This document shows positions 7,936 through 17,187 of a stretch of DNA of 44,797 bases, piece after piece. Location: the IMG/VR virus record IMGVR_UViG_2568526230_000010. One strand, written 5' to 3'. Position 1 is the first letter of the stretch. Each line of letters starts with the position of its first letter. The notes under the pieces were generated by a model. It made no database searches and was not told where the DNA came from. It saw only the letters and a program-made list of their open reading frames with translations. The position numbers and the translations under genes were made by a program. This DNA is from a virus (Duplodnaviria; Heunggongvirae; Uroviricota; Caudoviricetes).

Positions 7936-8455
7936 TAAAAATCAAATTGTCAGATATAAGGGTCGAGTGTTGCATACGCAAAATTTCTCGGCCCTTTGTG
8001 CATCTGATCTTGAGCTGAAGAAAGTATCTGATGCCTTTACCCAGTATTGGAAAACGGGATACCATCCATCTCTTGGTAAAGATGCTGCATTTGCTCGTCC
8101 GACAGAAATGCTTAAACTAAATGTCAGGCATACTCATGTCGATAACCAAGACTATATTCCAGAAGATAGTGATAAAAAACACACTGGTAAAAAATCATCT
8201 TGGGATGCATGGAAAAATATAGCGTCTGTACAAGTAAAATGCATACCAACAAGTGATTGCTTTTTAGTTTATTCGGTAAATCACAATCGTGATGCGCTGG
8301 TTATGTTTTTTGTTGACGCAGATGCTCACAACATAACTGAGCAAGAAGAGTTTAAAGAGGAAGCAATCACTATCAGTTATCAATTCTTTGAGAAAACAAA
8401 AACAGAACCAATGCCTTTAGAAGAAGATCTTTTTTCTGATAAATGGAAGGAATAG
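7910..8455 (+). CDS. YafO-family toxin homolog (ribosome-dependent mRNA interferase family) with C-terminal extension
   Basis: Aligns by eye with E. coli YafO as recalled: FTQYWKTGYHPSLGKDAAFARP vs FISYKRDGVLPDIFGRDALYD, LNVRHTHV vs ERVAHIHL, CFLVYSV…ALVMFFV vs AHLVYCQ…AWLLIAI. Start at the ATG with RBS AAGGA; AT-rich; followed by a terminator. Confidence 0.65.
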   Translation: MSSSASQNDKNQIVRYKGRVLHTQNFSALCASDLELKKVSDAFTQYWKTGYHPSLGKDAAFARPTEMLKLNVRHTHVDNQDYIPEDSDKKHTGKKSSWDAWKNIASVQVKCIPTSDCFLVYSVNHNRDALVMFFVDADAHNITEQEEFKEEAITISYQFFEKTKTEPMPLEEDLFSDKWKE

Positions 8456-8475
8456 CCCGCAGCGCGGGCTTTTTT
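8455..8475 (+). terminator. Rho-independent terminator
   Basis: GCCCGC-AGC-GCGGGC followed by T6, at the stop of the toxin gene. Confidence 0.7.
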
Positions 8476-8547
8476 GTGGACGAAACACAAGTCAGTGCTA
8501 CACTCATTGACGCCACATTGAGGTGGCTTATAGATGGAAATTTCACA

Positions 8548-8709
8548 ATGAAAAAAGCATTTGCTGCACTGTTCGTTTTGTTGTCTCTGGTAGCTTCAAC
8601 TCAGGCCTTTGCCGGTCGTTGTCAGCACGACAGCGACACTGCTGCTGACGGCTCCCGCTGCGGTGGGCGTTCTGCGGATTCCCGCCCGGGCGGCGGTGGC
8701 ATTCGTTAA
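8548..8709 (+). CDS. Small exported peptide (signal peptide plus about 31-aa Cys/Gly/Arg-rich mature part)
   Basis: MKKAFAALFVLLSLVASTQAFA signal peptide; possible promoter TTGACG-N16-TATAGA upstream; GC-rich, so real coding is uncertain. Confidence 0.35.
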   Translation: MKKAFAALFVLLSLVASTQAFAGRCQHDSDTAADGSRCGGRSADSRPGGGGIR

Positions 8710-8731
8710 AAACAAGGCCGCGAAAGCGGCC
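8706..8731 (-). terminator. Terminator closing the minus-strand late operon
   Basis: GGCCGC-GAAA-GCGGCC (GNRA loop) followed on the minus strand by TTGTTTTT, 15 nt after the stop of the 8746..9306 gene. Confidence 0.6.
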
Positions 8732-8745
8732 TGTGACATGTCACA

Positions 8746-9306
8746 CTACATTGATATATGATTCATAAAGTAGCTTAAAGATTTACTTCCCAGAAAAGAA
8801 ATTTCTTTTCCTGGATATGTCGCAATAATTGAGCATGACTTATCCCCGTTAGAGGTAACAAATCCTGAATAACCTACTTGTTCTTTACCATTTTGTTGCT
8901 TGGCTAAAAAGTAGAGGTAGCTTATCTTTTTGCCCTCTGGGTAAAACTCTGCCAAACCAGTATCGGTGATTGAATATTTTATTCTCCCGCCTTGAGTAAC
9001 GTTTTCCATCTCAAGTTTAGCTATGTCTTTTCTGTTGTATTCAGCATTGATTTTCCTTTCGAAATCAATGTTGTTTTCAAATGAGTAGGAAGCAACAGTC
9101 TGAATAGATGGGAACACGTTTATCTGGATGCCTCCACAGTCGGCACAGGTATAAAGGTATGAATCAGATGGAATCCCCATAAAAGAAAACTGAGTTACCT
9201 TAAATTTATCGCTATCTCCAAAGTATTGAAGTTCGCATTTAACATTTTGCCCTGCAAAAGAAAATGCAGACATCAATATTGAAACAAAAAATATAATTGC
9301 CTTCAT
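8746..9306 (-). CDS. Exported protein of unknown function, AT-rich moron at the end of the late operon
   Basis: 186 aa; signal peptide MKAIIFFVSILMSAFSFA; markedly lower GC than the upstream ejection-protein gene; start 3 nt after the preceding stop. Confidence 0.6.
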   Translation of the reverse strand: MKAIIFFVSILMSAFSFAGQNVKCELQYFGDSDKFKVTQFSFMGIPSDSYLYTCADCGGIQINVFPSIQTVASYSFENNIDFERKINAEYNRKDIAKLEMENVTQGGRIKYSITDTGLAEFYPEGKKISYLYFLAKQQNGKEQVGYSGFVTSNGDKSCSIIATYPGKEISFLGSKSLSYFMNHISM

Positions 9307-9308
9307 TA

Positions 9309-11861
9309 TTATTTACCTAGCATGAACTGCGATGGTGGGATCAGAAAGTCGTTCCCCTGCTCACGCTCAACACGGCGCTGATAACGCTCAAGAGAGCCTG
9401 GGTCAAGGGCATCTTGTATCCGGTTCAATATTAAACCATTCATCGCCGTACGAAGCCAGAACACGTTGAGGAATGGCGTATTGTCAAGTGCCGTGCGATA
9501 CCAGTCACCCAAATCTGCATCCCCTCTCGTGGTCTGCTGGAGCAGCGTGATAATGCTGTCAGCGTTCGATGCTGCTGGCCCCATTAGCGACGTAACCGGC
9601 CCGGCCCCCATGCGGTTGACCTCACCAAACATGAAGTCACCCAAGATGCCAAGACCGCCCCCCTGAGATGCGGCTGCGAGAAACGTCTTGGCATCTGCCG
9701 GGCGTGGTGTTTGCCCTTTCAGCATGAGTTTTGACTGCATGGAGATATAACCAAACATAGTCGCCCAGACAAAGAGGTTTGCAGCACCAAGGAAAGCCCC
9801 CTTCCCGTTACGTAGCAGCGCATTCGTCAGCGATCCGGTTTTCGACTCACCAAGCCCAGCAGGAATATAACCACGCCCGAATACTTCGCGTCCTAGTACG
9901 TTCTGCATGAAGCTTGCAGTGAACGATTTGTACTGACCAGCGAATCGTATTGCTTCCCCAGCCACCGTTCCTGGCACCGTGCCCATCTTCATAAACGCCT
10001 GCGTGCGATCGCCAGGCTCTGACATGGCGATATTCAGGCGGTCAAGGATGTAGCCGCGCAACTGCCCTTCCAATTGATCGCGTGCGTCAGCGATAGCGCG
10101 CTGCGTTGGTTTGATCCCCTTACTCTCTACATAACCGGCAATCACTTCGTCAGGCACGCCGCGGATGCCGCTGGTCGTCATGAACTTACGACCTTCGCTA
10201 TCGGCCATGTCCATGTTGCGAAAAATTTCCCACTCACGTTCGCCAATACCGTGCAGATCCAGCACGCGTCGCAGGTCTTCCGGTAGCCGCGCATGAGACT
10301 GGTCAGCATTCTTTGCAAGCCAGTTGGTTATCATCATGGCGTTGCTGTTGCGACCGCTCTCGGTCCAGAAGTTCATGAGGTTGTACTTAAAGAAAAGCTG
10401 CTGCGCGCGACCAAGCTTTCCATTCAGCGTGTCATCACCAGATATGCGCCGGATGATTTCCTGCGTCATGGAGTCGGAATAAACTCCGATAGAGGAAAGG
10501 ATCTCTTTCTGCTCCGCGCTGTTGTAACGCGTGAAGCGGCCTCTCATAGCACCAAGCAACGCCTGCATAAAATTCTGCCCTTGGTAGCGCATCTCGGTAG
10601 CGGCGATAGGCACGTCGTTAAACGATGAGATTACCGCGCCACCAAGTTGGCTCATACGCAACCAGCCGCGTACAGCCGCCGACGCATTGGCCCAGCCTAC
10701 GCTGCCAGGAATATTTAGCGAGCCGTCAACCTGCGGCATTACGGTACGGTTAATGCGACGCACCTTCGTCATGTAGTCAGCCAACGCTGCCGGTCTTCCG
10801 GATTTGCTGATATCTTCAGCAATGGCGTCCGTCAGGTACTTAAACATGTTCTGTGGGTTAGTGCCCAGTACGCGCATCATGCCCGTTGTGCGGGCAGCGC
10901 TGTTTAAGCCACCAAACAGCGCTTCTCGCAGGCTGCCGGTGCCGAATTGCTGGTTGTACTCGTGCCACGAGATACCATCTTTGAAGTGCAAAATTCGCTC
11001 TTGGCTGGCGCGTTTAGCTGCGTTCGCCGATCCCTTAAAGCCATTCATCCAATCGGGCTTTTCAGATGTAAGATGCACGCCGGAAGCCAGCCCGTTATAA
11101 ATGTTACGCATGAACTGCTCGCGGTCAGCCACGCCGTCAAAAGTGCGCTCATCAAGGCGCGGGAGAATAGCATTTCGCCATGCTTCATAACCTGCGGCGC
11201 GGATCTTCATGATGTCGTGTGACTGGCGCACTATATAGCCCGGCTCTTTGCGTATCCATGCCCCGGCGCGGTTCTCATCAATGCGCGCAGTTTCCTGCCA
11301 TTTCATGATGATTTGTGCAGCGCTTACGGATTGCTTTGTCATACCGTCAGTTGACTGCCCGCGCCCTATGCGCCACATTGCATCGGCAATTTCCCGGTCA
11401 TTGCTGCCGCTGGCGATGAATTGCACCAGCCCGGCACGGTCAAAATCGTAGTTGATACCGGAATGATACTTGCCGCGCAGTTGCGCCACCTCCGAAGATA
11501 CCGACCGGCGGGCGCCGGTACGCGCATCGTTGCGGCCAACCAGCATTGCTTCAAGCCCGATATCCGGGCGGTCTTTCCAGATAGTACGAAGCTCTCTAAG
11601 TCGTTGTGCGGCAATACGGGCGTTGATTGCCTTATTGCGAGCCTCAATCTGTTTTGCCAGCATATCGGCATTGCTCAGTTCTTCCGCTGCGCGCATCGCG
11701 GCCTCTTCCAGAGACAGCGCCTCATTGGTCGCCAGAATTCGCCTAGTGGTGTCGTTCATGTCACGCACCAGCGACTCCATCTCATCGGAAGAAAGCTCGC
11801 GACCAGCGGCAGCATTTACACTGCGCTCGCACTGCGTCAAAAATTCGTTTGCTGCCATCAC
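9309..11861 (-). CDS. Large internal virion/ejection protein
   Basis: 850 aa; start overlaps the upstream stop by 4 nt; part of the coupled block of large proteins typical of podovirus ejection proteins. Confidence 0.6.
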   Translation of the reverse strand: MMAANEFLTQCERSVNAAAGRELSSDEMESLVRDMNDTTRRILATNEALSLEEAAMRAAEELSNADMLAKQIEARNKAINARIAAQRLRELRTIWKDRPDIGLEAMLVGRNDARTGARRSVSSEVAQLRGKYHSGINYDFDRAGLVQFIASGSNDREIADAMWRIGRGQSTDGMTKQSVSAAQIIMKWQETARIDENRAGAWIRKEPGYIVRQSHDIMKIRAAGYEAWRNAILPRLDERTFDGVADREQFMRNIYNGLASGVHLTSEKPDWMNGFKGSANAAKRASQERILHFKDGISWHEYNQQFGTGSLREALFGGLNSAARTTGMMRVLGTNPQNMFKYLTDAIAEDISKSGRPAALADYMTKVRRINRTVMPQVDGSLNIPGSVGWANASAAVRGWLRMSQLGGAVISSFNDVPIAATEMRYQGQNFMQALLGAMRGRFTRYNSAEQKEILSSIGVYSDSMTQEIIRRISGDDTLNGKLGRAQQLFFKYNLMNFWTESGRNSNAMMITNWLAKNADQSHARLPEDLRRVLDLHGIGEREWEIFRNMDMADSEGRKFMTTSGIRGVPDEVIAGYVESKGIKPTQRAIADARDQLEGQLRGYILDRLNIAMSEPGDRTQAFMKMGTVPGTVAGEAIRFAGQYKSFTASFMQNVLGREVFGRGYIPAGLGESKTGSLTNALLRNGKGAFLGAANLFVWATMFGYISMQSKLMLKGQTPRPADAKTFLAAASQGGGLGILGDFMFGEVNRMGAGPVTSLMGPAASNADSIITLLQQTTRGDADLGDWYRTALDNTPFLNVFWLRTAMNGLILNRIQDALDPGSLERYQRRVEREQGNDFLIPPSQFMLGK

Positions 11862-13555
11862 ATCCCCCGGTTAATCATACAGGCGGCAAATGCCCGGAAA
11901 GCGTTGCTCATACTATTGTCGCTGGCGTCGGCACGAATATCATTGAGTTTCTGGCGCAACGTGGTCGCAAGATCAGGGTTATCGACAGCGATATCGTCAA
12001 GCAGGGCGTTACTCAGGTTGAGCTCGTTATCAAGGTCTGCAGCGGCAGCGGTAATTTCATGATCTGCCTTTTGCGTTTCTTGATAAACCCGATCGGCTGT
12101 TTCGCTTGCTGGGCGAGCCGTTTCATCAACCTGCCGTGCCGGGTTCTGTATGCGATGGATGGCGCGTTCACGCAGTGCTGGTTTGTGCAGTTCATAGAAG
12201 GGCTCAACATCTGGGCTACGTCCTTCCATCATGTGTGCCAGCGCAGCGCGATACGCCTGCTGGTTCACGTTCCAGTCAGCATCCCTGATGGCGCTTGCGG
12301 CAGTGCGAACTGCGCCAGCGACCGGCGACATCTGCATGCCGTCCAGGATCTGCTGCGCACGCTCGGAAATGGTGACTTTCAGGTCGTCGGGGATCTCGCC
12401 GCGGGAAATCTGAGACTGGCGCCAGCGCGCCTGCTCTGCTGTCGCGTTCTGCTCCAGCGATGTGTTGATCTCCTGATTGCGTGCAGCGATGGCGTCTTTC
12501 TCGGCCTGAATCTCTTTCAGTGCCCTAGAGCGCGCATCCTTAAACTTCATCCGCTGCCCCTGATACTTTTTGGTGCGCTGCTGCAGCGTCGCATCAAGCG
12601 AGTCAGCATGACGTTGATTAGCCGCAAGCTCGGCACGCAGGTCGGCAACGTTACCGATCTGCCCGCTCTGTAACTCCTGCTGGCGCGCCATATAGTCAGG
12701 AACCACGTCGTCATAAGCCCGGCTGTATGCGTAGCTCTCCGCTTCACTGGAAATGGCCGCCGCCAGATCTGCGTTAGCGCCAACCTCAGGGATATTCACG
12801 CCCGCCGGAATGTTGTCAGGCGTTATCACCGGGGTTGGCTGCGCATCGCCAGAAAACGCCGGGGACTCTCCCGTTGCAGCATCGGGAACGCGACGCGGTC
12901 GCACGATATCGGCGATAAGGCCGCCGCCAGCATGTATTAGACCGCCAGCCATCGTGTTAAAGAAAGTACTTTCCAACGCGTTGCTATAGGTGAAGTCGTC
13001 ACCTTCCGCCGCCGCTGCCAGCCCGGTAAGCGGCACGGTCACCAACGCCTGCGCTGCCCCCATGCGTGCACCAGCAACAAATCGCTCGCCAAATCGGCCA
13101 AGCACAGAAGCCGCCTTTGCTTCTCCAGCGAACGGAACCAGCGCCAGCGCCACGTTACCAGGATCTGCCATTGAACCAGCTAGGCTGGCTGCGAAATTAA
13201 GCGGCGTGGCTACCCACCCGCTCGGTGCCGACATCGCGATCTGCTGGCGTGCCAGAGAATCTTTGCGTTCGGCAATAACATGATCGAGAAAAGCCTGCGT
13301 AACGCCAGAATCTGGCACGTTTATGCTCTTTACGCCGTACTGCTTCAGGAGCTCATCCGCTTCCTGCTTACTGATAACTGTAGAGTTTGGGTCATTCGCC
13401 AGCGAGTCGGCCTGCGCAAAGCGGTAGCCGGACATGACCGGCCCCTCTTCAAATCCCTGCTTAAGGGAAGAAAGCAGCGATTCGCCAAGCCCTGCTGGCG
13501 CGTTGCCAATTGGCTGGTTAATTCCCTGTCCCGGATCATCTGTGTAAATTGGCAT
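11858..13555 (-). CDS. Internal virion/ejection protein
   Basis: 565 aa, Ala/Gln-rich with coiled-coil segments; adjacent to the transglycosylase-domain protein. Confidence 0.6.
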   Translation of the reverse strand: MPIYTDDPGQGINQPIGNAPAGLGESLLSSLKQGFEEGPVMSGYRFAQADSLANDPNSTVISKQEADELLKQYGVKSINVPDSGVTQAFLDHVIAERKDSLARQQIAMSAPSGWVATPLNFAASLAGSMADPGNVALALVPFAGEAKAASVLGRFGERFVAGARMGAAQALVTVPLTGLAAAAEGDDFTYSNALESTFFNTMAGGLIHAGGGLIADIVRPRRVPDAATGESPAFSGDAQPTPVITPDNIPAGVNIPEVGANADLAAAISSEAESYAYSRAYDDVVPDYMARQQELQSGQIGNVADLRAELAANQRHADSLDATLQQRTKKYQGQRMKFKDARSRALKEIQAEKDAIAARNQEINTSLEQNATAEQARWRQSQISRGEIPDDLKVTISERAQQILDGMQMSPVAGAVRTAASAIRDADWNVNQQAYRAALAHMMEGRSPDVEPFYELHKPALRERAIHRIQNPARQVDETARPASETADRVYQETQKADHEITAAAADLDNELNLSNALLDDIAVDNPDLATTLRQKLNDIRADASDNSMSNAFRAFAACMINRGM

Positions 13556-13556
13556 G

Positions 13557-16178
13557 TTATCGTCCTGATTGCTGGCCGTTCTGGAAAATGTTAATCAGGT
13601 TGTCGCGCTGACTTTCTGCGCTGTATTCCTTAGACTGTCCGGGAGTATATTTCACCGGAGTATCAATGAACTTGGTAATGCTGTTCCATACTGATCGGTT
13701 GGTTGTTCCCAGTTTCGCCAGATCGTTGAACGGCACCGTAATCGGGTTGCCGTCGGCACCGTTGACGATCAGCCCGTTGAGCATCAGGGTAAGTCCTGTT
13801 TCGTCGCTGTTGGTAACCCACTGCGCATTATCACGAATGCGGGAGATACTCTGCTCACGGTTGACCTCATCAGGTAGCCTTGGGTCACCAATAAGCGGCA
13901 TAATCTGATCTGCTGACAGGTTTTTCAGATACGCATTGGCACCATCGTTAACGTCACGAATATCTATCCCTGCACGCTTAGGTAGCCGCCAAGTGCCATT
14001 GGTCTGGTACTGCTCGCCGAGGATGTCCTGATACGCCTGTTTTGCTGCATCAGACGCCGACATTCCGCGCTGCATGTTGATGTAAGTAAGTCGTTTTCCC
14101 TGCTCGTTGAAGTTATTCCACACGGCAGTGCCACCAGGCTGAACAACCATCGTGCCAGCAAAATCTTTCGATTGGTCATTCCATGACGAGTCGGCGCTAT
14201 CCGCGTCGGTTTTCTCAAGACTGCCGCGTAAGTCAGCAGTTTTAACGCTACGGTTTTGCCAGAGCGCATTTGCCGCGCGCGGGTTCTCGGTAGCCATGAC
14301 AACCTGCAACGCAGGATAAGCGCTCTTCTGAACCTGCTGCATCACCTGATCCGAGTATTTGCCGAACGACTGCGCCACCGACTGAATGGCCTTTACGCTA
14401 GATTCCTGCGTGTTGTCAATACGCTGCAGTACGTCGTTGACCATGGACTCCGGTAAAACTTTTTTGCTCATTATCCCCAGGCGGTCTTTTTCAGACTGTA
14501 TGCGGGAAACTAGGTATTCACCAGATGAAGGGTCATTCAGGTACTGCTGGAATGCAGCCTGCACAACCGGAGAGTTTTGTTGCAGCCATGCCCCCGGATC
14601 CGCTTCCCGCGCCTTCAGTACCTGCCCAAGCTTGACCTTTGCCGATGCATAAAGCTCTGCTTTGTATTTAAAGTCAGGGTCGTTTTCCTGCGGTGCCATT
14701 GCCTGCACGGCGGCGGTACCCTGCTGGACGTTGCCCTGCATAATGGTCTGATAAACAGGTTGTAGCGTCATTGCCTGCTGGTATTGCTGGAAGGTTTTTT
14801 CCATCTGCAGGCGCTCGGCAGGCGCTGCCTGAAGCGGCATAACGGCGGCCCATTCGTGCGCTGAAATAGGCGTCACCTGCTTACCGGCCTCAATTTTGGA
14901 TAGGTCGTCCTGCATTCGACTCTGTAGCGCAACGCGACCGGCTGAAGCCTGCATGTCGTACATGCCAGCAACCTTGCTCATCATCTGCGACTTTTTGTCC
15001 GGACTCATGGCGTTCCAGAATGGCTGTGCGATGAGGTTTTCCATCGTCGCAGATCCAGGAATAGCTCCAGCACTGCCAGTTACTTTTGCCACATAATTGC
15101 GCGTCTCGTCGTATGGGATAGCTGCGGCAAACTGGGCGTTACTGACTTCGCCTGTGCGCGGATCGCCAATCTGTTTAATCCAGCCGTCAACCTTTCCTGG
15201 GCCAGCGTTATAGGCAGCTACTGCCAGAACCGGGTTATTGTCGTATTTCTTCATCTGCGCGCCGAAATAAGCTTGCCCCAAGCGGGCATTATAGCGCGGG
15301 TCATTCAACCATTTATCTCGGTCCCACGGCACGCCAGCAAGGCGGGCAGCTTCGGGGCCAGTATCTTCCGTCACCTGCGCTACGCCAACAGCGCCTTTTG
15401 GCGACACCAGAGGTGTTCCGTCCTTTCCGTACTGATTTCCGCCACTCTCCTGCCAGATTATTGCAGAGAATAACTGCGCCTCACTCGGTGTATCGGTTAC
15501 CTCAATCTTGCCGTTCGGACCCATCATCTGTTGATACATCGGCACATACCACGCCTCCGCCGCACCGTTCGCGGCATTCTCGCGCCACGAAACCCAGTTC
15601 TGTTCGATCTCTTCCTGACTCTGGCCGTGGGCTTCGCCGTAAGCGATGATGCTATGATATGCCTTCAATCCTGCCTGGTTTGCCATTGTCGGGTTACGGA
15701 ACTGCATCGATAGGTTTTTTAGTGTCGCATCCTGCATATCCGCCTCATACTGGCGAACCTGTCCTATTTCGTACCTCCCGGCCTGCGTAGTGAACTGAAT
15801 GCGCTGCTGCTGCGCCTGCTGCATGAAAGCATTACGAGCCTGTTCATCCGGCAGCGACATAGCCAGTTGTTCGACCTGAGCATCAAACTGCTGCGTATAC
15901 TCATGGCCTTTTCCAATAGCATTTTTCCCTTTCAGGTTAAGCAATCCTGTTTCAGGATTATTCAGCAGATCGCTGCTTATCTGACTGAGGTTAAGAGATG
16001 CCTCCTGAGCCAGAGCGATATTGGCACGCTGTTTTGCCTGCCCCAAAACATCAATTGCCTCTGTCCCTGCCCGAACAAAAGCATCACCAATACCTGGCTG
16101 AGAAAACGTCTGCAAACCTGCTGACTGAACTCCACGACTCTCAACCTGACGTCCGGATACTGTTGGTACGACTGGCAT
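13557..16178 (-). CDS. Internal virion protein with lytic transglycosylase (SLT) domain
   Basis: Motif AIIWQESGGNQYG…AVGVAQV…AAYNAGPGKV is a soluble lytic transglycosylase signature. Start set at the ATG preceded by GGAGG, overlapping the upstream stop by 1 nt; the ORF track extends to 16253. Confidence 0.7.
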   Translation of the reverse strand: MPVVPTVSGRQVESRGVQSAGLQTFSQPGIGDAFVRAGTEAIDVLGQAKQRANIALAQEASLNLSQISSDLLNNPETGLLNLKGKNAIGKGHEYTQQFDAQVEQLAMSLPDEQARNAFMQQAQQQRIQFTTQAGRYEIGQVRQYEADMQDATLKNLSMQFRNPTMANQAGLKAYHSIIAYGEAHGQSQEEIEQNWVSWRENAANGAAEAWYVPMYQQMMGPNGKIEVTDTPSEAQLFSAIIWQESGGNQYGKDGTPLVSPKGAVGVAQVTEDTGPEAARLAGVPWDRDKWLNDPRYNARLGQAYFGAQMKKYDNNPVLAVAAYNAGPGKVDGWIKQIGDPRTGEVSNAQFAAAIPYDETRNYVAKVTGSAGAIPGSATMENLIAQPFWNAMSPDKKSQMMSKVAGMYDMQASAGRVALQSRMQDDLSKIEAGKQVTPISAHEWAAVMPLQAAPAERLQMEKTFQQYQQAMTLQPVYQTIMQGNVQQGTAAVQAMAPQENDPDFKYKAELYASAKVKLGQVLKAREADPGAWLQQNSPVVQAAFQQYLNDPSSGEYLVSRIQSEKDRLGIMSKKVLPESMVNDVLQRIDNTQESSVKAIQSVAQSFGKYSDQVMQQVQKSAYPALQVVMATENPRAANALWQNRSVKTADLRGSLEKTDADSADSSWNDQSKDFAGTMVVQPGGTAVWNNFNEQGKRLTYINMQRGMSASDAAKQAYQDILGEQYQTNGTWRLPKRAGIDIRDVNDGANAYLKNLSADQIMPLIGDPRLPDEVNREQSISRIRDNAQWVTNSDETGLTLMLNGLIVNGADGNPITVPFNDLAKLGTTNRSVWNSITKFIDTPVKYTPGQSKEYSAESQRDNLINIFQNGQQSGR

Positions 16179-16723
16179 TATAATCCTCCGGGTAATCTGG
16201 TTCCTGCCGCTGCCCCGATTGGCGCAGGAGTGCTTTGAGTAAACGGACTCCACGTCCCACCAAACATCTGGTACGCACCGTATGCCTTCAGAGGCGCGGT
16301 GAGCAATGTTGTTGCTGCTCCCACATTCCCCTGTTTACGGGCTGAACTGGCTTCTGCTTTATAGTTGGCAGCCTGAACCTGATAACCGTAAGCCTCGCGT
16401 TGCGCGTTATTCACCGTCGTCAGCGAATCAAGAGCGCCAAACTGGGCAGTGTCGCCAAATATATCCAGCGCGTTACCTGTAGATAAATCAGCGCCGGTAG
16501 CCCCCATTGTCGCCGCCTGTGTACCAAGCCGCTGTCGGGTCTCTCTGCGCCGTTTCTCAGCTTCAGCGTTACCTCTGTTTATTGCATCATTTGCCTGAGC
16601 TGTGGCTATATCTGCGTTCGCTTCTGCAACCTTCGAGGCATACTTTCCCTGTTGGTACTGGGTGTATGCCTGAATGCCACTCATGGCGAGCATTGCGCCA
16701 CCAGCAATAACCGGATCGCACAT
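16178..16723 (-). CDS. Internal virion protein
   Basis: 181 aa, Ala/Gly/Thr-rich; coupled to neighbours by 1-nt overlaps. Confidence 0.55.
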   Translation of the reverse strand: MCDPVIAGGAMLAMSGIQAYTQYQQGKYASKVAEANADIATAQANDAINRGNAEAEKRRRETRQRLGTQAATMGATGADLSTGNALDIFGDTAQFGALDSLTTVNNAQREAYGYQVQAANYKAEASSARKQGNVGAATTLLTAPLKAYGAYQMFGGTWSPFTQSTPAPIGAAAGTRLPGGL

Positions 16724-17187
16724 TATTTTCTCTCCATGTGAAATCTGTGGAAATTAAGACCAAGAGCACCATAAGGCGCGGCTTCTTCAAGCCTGAATCC
16801 AAGCCAGTGCAGCCATGCTTTGGCAACATGGTTTCGCTCGTCGACGTAGTTTTCCAGGCGCGGATAAACTGCCAACATCTGCTGCAATACAGGGCGGCAG
16901 TGGCGAAGAAATGCCTTCTGATATTTTTCAATACGGCTGGTCCCGACCAGCCAGGGCGTACCATTGCCACCGATCATTGACGCCGGAGATACGCCAAACA
17001 TGGTTACCAGTTCTCCGTTCGCGAACCCTGACCAGGCCATAGTCGCAGTGCGCAGACCAACACGCAGCGCATCTTCGGTAGTCATCAGCGATACCGCATA
17101 CAGTTCGTCAATATCAGCCTGACGAACATCCGGCAAAATCATCTGAAGATGCTCTTCGGTAGCGGGAATAATTTGAACGTAGATCAT
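16723..17187 (-). CDS. Hypothetical virion-associated protein
   Basis: 154 aa; coupled inside the tail/ejection block. Confidence 0.5.
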   Translation of the reverse strand: MIYVQIIPATEEHLQMILPDVRQADIDELYAVSLMTTEDALRVGLRTATMAWSGFANGELVTMFGVSPASMIGGNGTPWLVGTSRIEKYQKAFLRHCRPVLQQMLAVYPRLENYVDERNHVAKAWLHWLGFRLEEAAPYGALGLNFHRFHMERK

